A DNA stretch of 16,932 nt, taken from Candidatus Micrarchaeia archaeon. Its GTDB lineage: Archaea > Micrarchaeota > Micrarchaeia > CABMEP01. Within the stretch, counting starts at the first letter, position 1. Every line of letters starts with the position of its first letter. The position numbers and the translations under genes are program-made. Below, piece after piece: positions 1-7,315 of this stretch. Location of the stretch: positions 1 to 16,932 of the forward strand of contig JAVZPM010000007.1 of assembly GCA_038881595.1 (NCBI GenBank), given 5' to 3'. The notes beneath the pieces are model-generated. The model saw only the letters and a program-made list of their open reading frames with translations, did not search any database and was not told where the DNA came from.

Positions 1-105
1 ATTAAGTACATAAACTGCAGTTGCAGAAGGAATAGAGTAATCTTTCGCAAAAGAAACAGATAAAAGTAATAATAAAAGAAATACAACGCTAGAATTTCTT
101 TCCAT
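1..105 (-). CDS. 5' end (partial) of a secreted/membrane protein, DUF2207-like
   Basis: Manual translation from ATG at 105 gives MERNSSVVFLLLLLLSVSFA-KDYSIPSATAVYVLN, which runs off the window edge. It has a Sec-type signal peptide, and the mature start resembles archaeal DUF2207 N-termini (xSYSIPSA...) as I recall them. Not in the ORF track. Confidence 0.6.
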   Translation of the reverse strand, partial: MERNSSVVFLLLLLLSVSFAKDYSIPSATAVYVLN

Positions 106-193
106 AAAACATCATTTTTTAATTTAAATTACTTTTTTTGATCTCCAACTATTCATTTTATTTAAGCAAATATAAAAAGATATCTACTAAACA

Positions 194-582
194 ACTTTCT
201 AGAAATCCTATGATGATAAAATAAGATTTTTTCGTCATTAAAATACATAAATTGTAGACAAGTGCCTTAAGCTTTATTTCCTTCTTCTTTATCTCGGTGA
301 GTCTGCTCTGCAGATCTCCACTAAATTTCCTTTTGATTACAGAGAAGACAGTCTCAGCTATGTTTCTTCTCCCATAAATTTCTCTATTAGGATCTAATGG
401 CCTATGCTTTCTTATTGTATGCCTTCCTGCTGTTCCAGTTCGGTAGGATTCCCATCACCAGGAATTGATGTTGAGTAAACCTCTTTTTGGAATATTTACT
501 GGAATATTTAGAAATCTCTCTGCTTTACTGACCGAAAGCCTAATATGATAATTTTTTTAAATTTGCTCTGCCTATTTTTCAT
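194..582 (-). pseudogene. IS5-family DDE transposase pseudogene (N- and C-terminal fragments only)
   Basis: ATG at 582 with SD GAGGT gives MKNRQSKFKKIIIL. After a frameshift and stop: KYSSKYSKKRFTQHQFLVM (archaeal IS5 N-terminal motif). In another frame: EIYGRRNIAETVFSVIKRKFSGDLQSRLTEIKKKEIKLKALVYNL...GFLES (C-terminal Y-x2-R-x3-E-x6-K motif). The central catalytic region is absent. Confidence 0.85.
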
Positions 583-585
583 TCT

Positions 586-611
586 ACCTCTTAACTTGGT
601 CGTTAAGAGGT
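586..611. promoter_or_regulatory. Perfect 10-bp stem-loop occluding the transposase Shine-Dalgarno
   Basis: ACCTCTTAAC (586-595), loop TTGGTC, GTTAAGAGGT (602-611). The minus-strand SD GAGGT (590-586) lies in the stem, 3 nt upstream of ATG 582. Confidence 0.7.
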
Positions 612-645
612 TTATCTTCATAAATTAAAAGGATTTCTACAGGCC

Positions 646-665
646 GAAAAATAGAGAAAAATAGA
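646..665 (+). repeat. 10-bp tandem duplication GAAAAATAGA x2
   Basis: 646-655 and 656-665 are identical and directly abut the right end of the IS remnant. Confidence 0.6.
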
Positions 666-683
666 AAGATATATAAATAAGTT

Positions 684-1895
684 ATGTCTAGATTTAACAT
701 GCATGAATTGAATGAATTTCGTTTTCAAGAAGAGACATTTGGTACAAAATTGAAAGAAATTATTGAGCAAATGCCAAATGCCACATGGGAAGAACGAAGG
801 AGAGAACTCTTAAAAAGATATTTGCGAGTTGCAAAGGCTATTAAAGATTATAGAGAAAAAATTGAGAATACACCTTGGGATCAAAAACTGGAGCACAAAG
901 CAGTAGTGGAAGAAATAATAAAGAAGAATCCAGAACTGACCCCTTATCAGAAAAAATGTATTAAAATCCGAATTTGGAGGGCTATCAACGTAAGAGAAAA
1001 AATTCGTGAATATAAAGACTTGCCAAAAAGAACGCTTTTTATTATGGCATTTAGGAAGAAACCTGAAAGTTATGCCAAATTAGATGAAGAACGTAGTTCA
1101 CAACTATCAACTGTAGATAGACTCATGCGTCTTATTTTTATGCCTAGAATTGGAAAAAAGAGGATAGAGTTGTTCTATGATGTTATCGCCACACCTTATA
1201 CCTTTTTCTTTGAGTTAGATCCTGCTGTGTTTGGAAGGTGGATCCTTCCAACCCCTGGAATATACCAAAGGTGGCGAGGTACTGGCAAAAAACTAGATGG
1301 AATTATTGCTATGGGAGAAAGAAGCAAAAATTCAAAAGAAATAATGAGGCATGAAATAGAACATGCCCATACTGCTAATGTTATTAGAATCTATGATGCA
1401 AGCTACGTGGTAGGACATTATTGTTATGACTATGTATCTTTGCAAGATGAGCTCATTTCGCACTTTTCGGAAAATGAAAAATTAAGCAAAACAATTTTCG
1501 AATATCATGTCAAAGAAATTGCTTTATCTAGAAAACAAAAAATGGAAGAGGAACTAAAAACAACCATTCAGAATATCAAGAGAGAAGAAGATAAAATAAG
1601 AATGTTTCAAGATACTAAATTAGAACCGGGAGTAATGGAAATGCTTCAAAGGCCACTAAAGGCACTTAACGCATTAAAGAAGAGATTAGAAGAACAACTT
1701 CAAGATCCAGATCTCCTTAAAAAGCTTGAAAACAAATATCGCAAAGCTGTATGCGATGCATGGGATTCTGCAGAAAATGCAGCAGAAATAATGCCAAGAG
1801 ATATTATTCTTAATCTTTTAGGCACTATGCCTCTAAAAAAGATTCCAAAAAGGATTAACGATATTGCACAAATATATGCAGAGGAGCATAAGTAG
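684..1895 (+). CDS. Hypothetical protein with HExxH...E motif (putative zincin/gluzincin-like metalloprotein) and a coiled-coil region
   Basis: 403-aa ORF. HEIEH at aa 223-227 (nt 1350-1364), downstream SLQDELISHF (E256), and a K/E-rich helical segment at about aa 280-355. No signal peptide is visible. Confidence 0.6.
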   Translation: MSRFNMHELNEFRFQEETFGTKLKEIIEQMPNATWEERRRELLKRYLRVAKAIKDYREKIENTPWDQKLEHKAVVEEIIKKNPELTPYQKKCIKIRIWRAINVREKIREYKDLPKRTLFIMAFRKKPESYAKLDEERSSQLSTVDRLMRLIFMPRIGKKRIELFYDVIATPYTFFFELDPAVFGRWILPTPGIYQRWRGTGKKLDGIIAMGERSKNSKEIMRHEIEHAHTANVIRIYDASYVVGHYCYDYVSLQDELISHFSENEKLSKTIFEYHVKEIALSRKQKMEEELKTTIQNIKREEDKIRMFQDTKLEPGVMEMLQRPLKALNALKKRLEEQLQDPDLLKKLENKYRKAVCDAWDSAENAAEIMPRDIILNLLGTMPLKKIPKRINDIAQIYAEEHK

Positions 1896-1909
1896 TAAAG
1901 CAAATTTAT

Positions 1910-1932
1910 CTCATAAATTTAAAATTTATGAG
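1910..1932. terminator. 23-bp palindrome between convergent genes (possible bidirectional terminator or protein-binding site)
   Basis: CTCATAAATTT-A-AAATTTATGAG: perfect 11-bp arms with a 1-nt centre, located between the stops at 1895 and 1979. Confidence 0.4.
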
Positions 1933-1978
1933 TATTTAAAATGCATTTTTTATACGTATTTTCTATACCCTAATCTAT

Positions 1979-2800
1979 TTAGCTTCCACTAGAATTATAG
2001 CGCTTAAGTCCTAGTTTAAATAAATTATAAGCAATTAAGAATGACATAGCTGCAACTATAGGACTTAGCCAGATGAATTCTTTATTGATTCCTTTTCCTA
2101 AAATAAATTCAACTGGATAGTATGAAGCAAATGCAAAAGGAAGTACAAAAGTAAATAACACAGCTACCATGTTTCCATATATCTCAATGGGGTACTTCAG
2201 CATCTCAAGAATGTCAAAAAAAGAGTATAAAATATAATGAATTCCAAAGAAGAAAAACGATAATGAAGATATAAAAAGGACAATTGAAAATATTATAACA
2301 ATTCCACATGCCAATAACAAAAGAAACATAAGCAAATCAATGGGCCCAAGAGTAATCTTTAGTAATGAGAATGCTATTAAAATTTTAGCAATTGAAAAAA
2401 TTGGACTTGCCAAGTCTTCGACATTGATCTGATGTATCAGGATTTGGAAAATCTCATTCCTAGGTCTAACAAGAATGAAATCTAGCCTTCCTCTTTGAAT
2501 ATAGCTGCCCATTAAATGTAAAGATGAAAAAAAGTATTCAAAAATGTTTATCGATAAAGAAGCTATTCCATTCAATAAAAATAGCTCAGCAAATCCCCAT
2601 CCATTGATCTCTATAATAGAATTCAGCAGCACCCAAAGTAAAAAAACAGAACCTACTTGATTAAGAAAAGATGCCAGCACGAGGGAGAAAAAACTTAGCC
2701 TATATGCTGCCAACCTAAGGACTGATAGCTTAAGAAATTGAAAATACAGATTTATTGAATCTATTAAATCTACAAATAAATTTGAATGCTTCATAATCAT
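1979..2800 (-). CDS. ABC-2 family transporter permease (DUF990/ABC2_membrane_6-like)
   Basis: About 6 TM segments. Motifs YRLSF, INGW, IQRGRLDFILVRP, KYPIEIY and FTFVLPFAFASYYP. ATGA overlap with the upstream permease. Confidence 0.9.
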   Translation of the reverse strand: MIMKHSNLFVDLIDSINLYFQFLKLSVLRLAAYRLSFFSLVLASFLNQVGSVFLLWVLLNSIIEINGWGFAELFLLNGIASLSINIFEYFFSSLHLMGSYIQRGRLDFILVRPRNEIFQILIHQINVEDLASPIFSIAKILIAFSLLKITLGPIDLLMFLLLLACGIVIIFSIVLFISSLSFFFFGIHYILYSFFDILEMLKYPIEIYGNMVAVLFTFVLPFAFASYYPVEFILGKGINKEFIWLSPIVAAMSFLIAYNLFKLGLKRYNSSGS

Positions 2801-3603
2801 CCACCGAACGCCTCAAATCTTTTTATTGATTTCTCTAGATAGATCGAGCTAGTGAAATACAATACAATTACCCAAAACAACTGAAGTAAAATAGAAATTA
2901 TAATCTCAAATCCTTGTATCTTGCCAATATATATTAATAAAGGCAGATTATATGCTGCTTGAAATGGAAGCAGGTACGCAATGGTTTGAAACCATTGTGG
3001 AAAGAATAGCAAAGGAATAAACGAACCACCAAAAAGTGCGAATAAAAATGTTTTTATCATTCTAAATCCATAAATATCCTCCTTTGTCCAGAATGCAAGG
3101 CCCCCTGAAAATATATCTATAAAAAAGTTGATTAAAGCAGCCAGGATAAGACTAATAATAAACGCAAAGATGATTGACAATTCAGGGATAGAAACATTTA
3201 GCACAAATATGGAAAGAAGCAAACCGGGCAGACCAACAGTCAAAATAGAAAAGATAAAATCGGAAAGAAAAATATAAAATAAATAAACATTCAACTTTAT
3301 TGGATTTGTTAACTTCATGAGTACATTTCCAGTATTAACAAGAAAATCAATTTCACTGTCCAGCCAAGTAATGCATATATTGCTAATAAAAAGCGCGACG
3401 ATGCCATACGTAATTAACTCAGAGAAAGTAAAACCATTTATTTCGTCTACATTATTCCATGAAAAAATAGAATTCCACAAATAAAAAACTATAAGCATTT
3501 GAAATAAAAACGCAAGTATTTTTCCAAATGTCATCCATCTATATGCTATATTTGAAATAAAACGTGTTTTGAATACACCTAAAAAAACTGTAAGATTAGA
3601 CAT
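2797..3603 (-). CDS. ABC-2 family transporter permease (DUF990/ABC2_membrane_6-like)
   Basis: About 6 TM segments. Motifs AYR, INGF, LAFWT and GSFIPLLFFPQWFQTIAYLLPFQ. Start placed at ATG 3603, 1 nt after the ATPase stop and with GAGGAG upstream, rather than at 3618. Confidence 0.9.
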   Translation of the reverse strand: MSNLTVFLGVFKTRFISNIAYRWMTFGKILAFLFQMLIVFYLWNSIFSWNNVDEINGFTFSELITYGIVALFISNICITWLDSEIDFLVNTGNVLMKLTNPIKLNVYLFYIFLSDFIFSILTVGLPGLLLSIFVLNVSIPELSIIFAFIISLILAALINFFIDIFSGGLAFWTKEDIYGFRMIKTFLFALFGGSFIPLLFFPQWFQTIAYLLPFQAAYNLPLLIYIGKIQGFEIIISILLQLFWVIVLYFTSSIYLEKSIKRFEAFGG

Positions 3604-3604
3604 A

Positions 3605-4609
3605 TTATCTCTCCTCATATATTGTCTTGATAATTTCTTCTAGTTCGAGATCTTCTACTCTTACATCAACTACGTCATAATTGTCCAGAATTTTTTTTAT
3701 GAAATCCTTGATCTTTATTTTTGTTAGATTCAAAACTACTTTAAGTTCATTCTCTTTCCAATCTATAATCTCAATTGCCGGATCTTTTGCTAGCTCTTTT
3801 ATTTTTTTACTCTTCCTATCGATCTTGCTAGTAAATAAGAAAGTTATCATTCTTTTTTTCTCAAATTTTGACTTAAGCTTTTGGATTGGTCCATCATATA
3901 TAATTTTGCCCTTGTTTAGTAAAATTACTCTTCTGCATAGCTTAGATATATCTTTCATATCGTGGGTTGTAAGTAGAATCGTTATTCTTTTCTCTCTGTT
4001 TATTTTTAAAAGCAATTTATGAATCTCTTCCTTTGAAAAGATATCTAATCCTATAGTTGGCTCATCAAGATAAACAATTTTTGGATTGTGTAGAAAAGCA
4101 CCTACTATTTCACATTTTATTTTTTGACCTAATGAAAGACTGCGAACTGGTTTATATAAAAGTTCTTTTATCTTTAAGCGATCAATGAATTTACTTAGGT
4201 TTTCTTCATAATCTTTATCTGAAACTCTATAAATAGCTTTTAAAAGTTTGAATGTATCGATGACTGGCAAATCCCATTCTAGTTTACTTCTGTTTCCAAA
4301 AATAACACCTATAATCTTTGCATTTTCGATCCTTTCTTCAAAAGGAATTCTGGAATTAACAATAACTGTTCCTTTCGTAGGGGTAAGAATGCCTGTCAAT
4401 GTCTTTATTAACGTGCTCTTTCCGGCCCCATTTGGACCTATTATACCAACAAATTCTCCTTCATCTATTGTAAAACTTATATTATCTAAGGCCACAACTT
4501 TCTTTTCTTTCGGCTTTATGAGTGACTTCAATGCGCTCTTTAATCCTTCTTCCCTTTCAGTAAAAATGTATTCCTTTGTTAAATTTTTTACTTCTATTAT
4601 TGGTGCCAT
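3605..4609 (-). CDS. ABC transporter ATP-binding protein (ABC-2 exporter type)
   Basis: Walker A GPNGAGKST, family-typical signature LSLGQ, Walker B VYLDEPTIGLD and H-loop LTTHDM. Confidence 0.95.
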   Translation of the reverse strand: MAPIIEVKNLTKEYIFTEREEGLKSALKSLIKPKEKKVVALDNISFTIDEGEFVGIIGPNGAGKSTLIKTLTGILTPTKGTVIVNSRIPFEERIENAKIIGVIFGNRSKLEWDLPVIDTFKLLKAIYRVSDKDYEENLSKFIDRLKIKELLYKPVRSLSLGQKIKCEIVGAFLHNPKIVYLDEPTIGLDIFSKEEIHKLLLKINREKRITILLTTHDMKDISKLCRRVILLNKGKIIYDGPIQKLKSKFEKKRMITFLFTSKIDRKSKKIKELAKDPAIEIIDWKENELKVVLNLTKIKIKDFIKKILDNYDVVDVRVEDLELEEIIKTIYEER

Positions 4610-4630
4610 AAATAGATATATTTGATAAAG

Positions 4631-4638
4631 TTTTTAAA
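4631..4638 (-). promoter_or_regulatory. Putative TATA box for a leaderless ABC operon transcript
   Basis: TTTAAAAA on the minus strand, 22-29 nt upstream of ATG 4609; no SD is visible. Confidence 0.35.
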
Positions 4639-4659
4639 CTGCTGATTTCTTTATTAATG

Positions 4660-4718
4660 ATTTGGTCCAATTATTCCAACAAATTCTTCTTTAGTTATTT
4701 TAAATTGACATCATCTAA
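4660..4718 (-). pseudogene. Relic fragment of a second ABC ATPase N-terminus
   Basis: Minus strand reads LDDVNLK-(1-nt deletion)-TKEEFVGIIGPN, versus LDNISFTIDEGEFVGIIGPN in the intact gene (4430-4489). 27/31 nt identical over 4660-4690 vs 4430-4460. Confidence 0.75.
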
Positions 4719-4751
4719 TGAAAAATATAAATTTGAAAATTAAATCTAATT

Positions 4752-6044
4752 TCAATTTTTGTTAAATGCCTTCACGTAAATTGATTTTGTATTTTTTATT
4801 GATGTTTGAAAGTCTACTATTGGTGAATAGTAATTCAATTTATATTTTATTGGATCGTGCAACATTCTGCATTCATGTGTTGCAAGATCTGGAATGTTCT
4901 TCTTTATATATCTGCAATCACTATCAAATTTCTTTGATTGAATGATTGGGTTAAAGTATCTAAAATTCTGATAATCTACTCCTACAGATGCAACCCATTG
5001 CCAATTGCCAATATTCAAAGCTTCATCATAATCTATTAAGTGCTCTTTGAAAAATTCTTCACCAATTCTCCAATCTATAGCCAAATTTTTAGTTAAAAAA
5101 CTTCCAAGCAAAAGCCTTATTCTATTATGGATCCATTTCCTTTCTTTTAACTCTTTAATTCCTGCATCTATTATCGGATAGCCGGTTTTTCCTTCCTTAA
5201 AAGCATTTATCAACTCATCATCATAATTCCACTTTATTTTTCTAGCCCATGGTTTTAATTCTATATTTTTCATTGATGGAAATGTTTTGAAAAGTTGGTA
5301 ATAATATTCTCTCCAGCACAACTGCCTTATATAACTTTTATTCTCTTTTGCAAGATTAAATAACTTTCTCACTGAAATTAAACCCATTCTAAGATACGGT
5401 GAAACTTTTGAACTATTTTCTAAGCTTTTAGAATTTACATTATATTTTTTAAAATCATAATCTAAAATTTCATAAATTTGCTCGTATTTCCAATACTTCG
5501 ATTTTTTGATTTTTATCTTCTTTTTTATTTCATCGAATTTAGTTTCATTAATTTCCAATATTTTTATTTTTTCAACATTTTTTATTTTGCTTTCGATTTT
5601 ATTTATCCAATCATTAAAGAAAAGATGGAAAGGTCTCATTGAATAGATATTTTCGTTTACAAGGAGATTGTCTTTTACCTCTATAAGTTTTACATTATTT
5701 AATTTACATATATTTGAAACAGTTTCCAATCTAGCTCTTCCTGATGGGGTTAAAGGTTCAGAAGTAACCAAAAAATCTATTTTATAGTTTTTAAAAAGAT
5801 TTCCAAAGACCGCATCAGTTTTATCATAAAAGACATAGAATTCTAATTCATTATTAAGATTTTCAAGAATATCAAATAAGAATGCTACTCTTTCATCATC
5901 CTGTGAAATTTTGAAATCGGATAATAAGTAAGGATCAATTATAAAAATAGGGATTATCTTATCTGCAATTTTGCTTGCATAGTATAAACCACGATTATCT
6001 TCTATCCTAAGATCTCTTTTAAACCAATATATTGCAACCTTCAT
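4752..6044 (-). CDS. phrB: Deoxyribodipyrimidine (CPD) photolyase, class I-like
   Basis: WFKRDLRIEDN, SKVSPYLRMGLIS, LCWREYY, GKTGYPIIDAG, HNRIR, IDWRIGE, DYDEALNIGNWQW and FNP motifs. Trp-triad equivalents and the flavin-proximal Asn are present. Confidence 0.92.
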   Translation of the reverse strand: MKVAIYWFKRDLRIEDNRGLYYASKIADKIIPIFIIDPYLLSDFKISQDDERVAFLFDILENLNNELEFYVFYDKTDAVFGNLFKNYKIDFLVTSEPLTPSGRARLETVSNICKLNNVKLIEVKDNLLVNENIYSMRPFHLFFNDWINKIESKIKNVEKIKILEINETKFDEIKKKIKIKKSKYWKYEQIYEILDYDFKKYNVNSKSLENSSKVSPYLRMGLISVRKLFNLAKENKSYIRQLCWREYYYQLFKTFPSMKNIELKPWARKIKWNYDDELINAFKEGKTGYPIIDAGIKELKERKWIHNRIRLLLGSFLTKNLAIDWRIGEEFFKEHLIDYDEALNIGNWQWVASVGVDYQNFRYFNPIIQSKKFDSDCRYIKKNIPDLATHECRMLHDPIKYKLNYYSPIVDFQTSIKNTKSIYVKAFNKN

Positions 6045-6072
6045 AAATTAAAATAGATAAAAACAAATAAAA

Positions 6073-6645
6073 TTATATATTTTTAAGATCACAAAGCCAA
6101 TTTATAGCTGTAATGCATTGACTGGCAAGATAGCTATTTTTACCTAGAGAGATCTTATCTTTTGCAAATCTCAAAGCATATGTCTCATCATTTCTAGGAA
6201 TACCAAAATTATCGCCCAAAACAAAAACAGGATTAGACTCTATATCAACATCAGTAATCATTTTTCCTTTTTCATGAAGAACATAAATTGGAAAAGAAGA
6301 CAGCTCTTTAATTACATCTTGGAATGACTTCTTTGCAACTTTTGCTCCGCAGAATGGTTCATTCCAATCACTTGTAACTCTATACTTTAAAGCAGTTTTA
6401 ATAAGATTGCCTATTGACTGCTCATCCGGAAGAAGCGGTTTTAGCAATCCATTAAATTCAATAGAGATAGGTCCCCTTGGTGGACCATTAAGAACACATA
6501 TTATTCTATCATTTCTAAGCGATTTTGAAAGGAATAAGGCATTGGATATGCATCTAGCTACTAAGTCTATCCTACCTGCGTCTATCAGGTTATTAAAATT
6601 TGGATCAGTTCTTCCTTTCCTAGAGTATAATACAAATGTTCTCAT
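6073..6645 (-). CDS. trmY: tRNA (pseudouridine54-N1)-methyltransferase, SPOUT family
   Basis: MRTFV..., AGRIDLVARCISNALFLS, VLNGPP, YVLHEKG, FVLGDNFG and ISLGKNSYLASQCI; 190 aa. Confidence 0.88.
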   Translation of the reverse strand: MRTFVLYSRKGRTDPNFNNLIDAGRIDLVARCISNALFLSKSLRNDRIICVLNGPPRGPISIEFNGLLKPLLPDEQSIGNLIKTALKYRVTSDWNEPFCGAKVAKKSFQDVIKELSSFPIYVLHEKGKMITDVDIESNPVFVLGDNFGIPRNDETYALRFAKDKISLGKNSYLASQCITAINWLCDLKNI

Positions 6646-6679
6646 AAAAATAAATTATATAGAAAAAATAAAAAAATAG

Positions 6680-7168
6680 TTACTCAGAATTAGTCAGTCT
6701 CAATCTTCCTTTTTCATCGGCTTCTTCCATTGTTTCTTCCAACGCTCGTTCCATTCCTTCATAGAATGAAAGTTCTGCAATTTCTTTTTCATCAAGATCG
6801 TAATAGGTCTTTGGTACATAACTATCATAATCCGTTTTCCTTTCATTTAAACTCCATTTAAGTCTTGAAACGCATAGACTCTTTACTTCATCGTCTGAAT
6901 CTTTATATTTTTCTTGTAATAGCCATAGTATCTTCCTTTTTATAGAATTTGATCTTATTGATTTAACTAGGTCTACAACTCTTTGTATCTGTATTTCATC
7001 TTTTAATTTATCCACCAAATTAACAATTTCAAATGGCTTGATTTTAGAAGAAAACACCAATCTTGCATATTCCGCATCAAAATCCTTTCTTCTCATTAAT
7101 TTTTCTTCAATAATATCTGTTTTATGTTTTTGAGTTTCTATTTTTCTTTGTCGTTTTTTGAATTCCAT
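6680..7168 (-). CDS. Hypothetical charged helical protein
   Basis: Start revised to ATG 7168 (MEFKKRQRK...) because of a strong SD GGGGTGAT at 7179-7172. Basic N-terminus, acidic C-terminus, no recognisable motif. Confidence 0.7.
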   Translation of the reverse strand: MEFKKRQRKIETQKHKTDIIEEKLMRRKDFDAEYARLVFSSKIKPFEIVNLVDKLKDEIQIQRVVDLVKSIRSNSIKRKILWLLQEKYKDSDDEVKSLCVSRLKWSLNERKTDYDSYVPKTYYDLDEKEIAELSFYEGMERALEETMEEADEKGRLRLTNSE

Positions 7169-7315
7169 TATATCACCCCTTCTTTTTGCAACAAAACAAG
7201 AAAAGAATATTATAATTTGATAAATAAACAATATAATTAAATTAGAACTTATATAAAAATCTTTCTATAACGATAAGGAGAAATTTTAGAGTTAGATAGA
7301 CATTTTTGATTCAAA

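Larger units (their letters stand above)
194..645 (-). mobile_element. Internally deleted, degenerate IS5-family insertion sequence (MITE-like remnant)
   Basis: Imperfect terminal inverted repeats share the core TAGAAATCCT (200-209) / AGGATTTCTA (630-639). They enclose frameshifted transposase N-terminal and C-terminal fragments on the minus strand. Confidence 0.85.

Noticed and set aside
455..460. In-frame TGA in the transposase remnant as possible recoding or alternative genetic code
   Set aside because: The conserved motif lies in a different frame here, the remnant has other lesions, and TGA acts as a normal stop in several intact genes.
488..510. Direct repeat TGGAATATTTA x2 as a possible CRISPR or operator
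   Set aside because: Explained by the KYSSKYS coding motif of the transposase remnant. No repeat-spacer array is seen anywhere in the window.
1700..1903. 67-aa minus-strand ORF
   Set aside because: Antisense shadow of 684..1895 with no motif.
4124..4138. Non-canonical ABC signature LSLGQ instead of LSGGQ
   Set aside because: Normal for this ABC-2 ATPase subfamily; not evidence of inactivity.
3681..4625. Plus-strand ORFs 3681..4022 and 4248..4625
   Set aside because: Antisense to the clear ABC ATPase; their hydrophobic look results from reversed K/E-rich codons.
6407..6679. 90-aa plus-strand ORF
   Set aside because: Antisense to trmY.
7169..7231. Hydrophobic 21-aa N-terminal extension of ORF 6680..7231
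   Set aside because: The track's upstream start is not an ATG, and a strong SD precedes ATG 7168, so the extension is probably untranslated.
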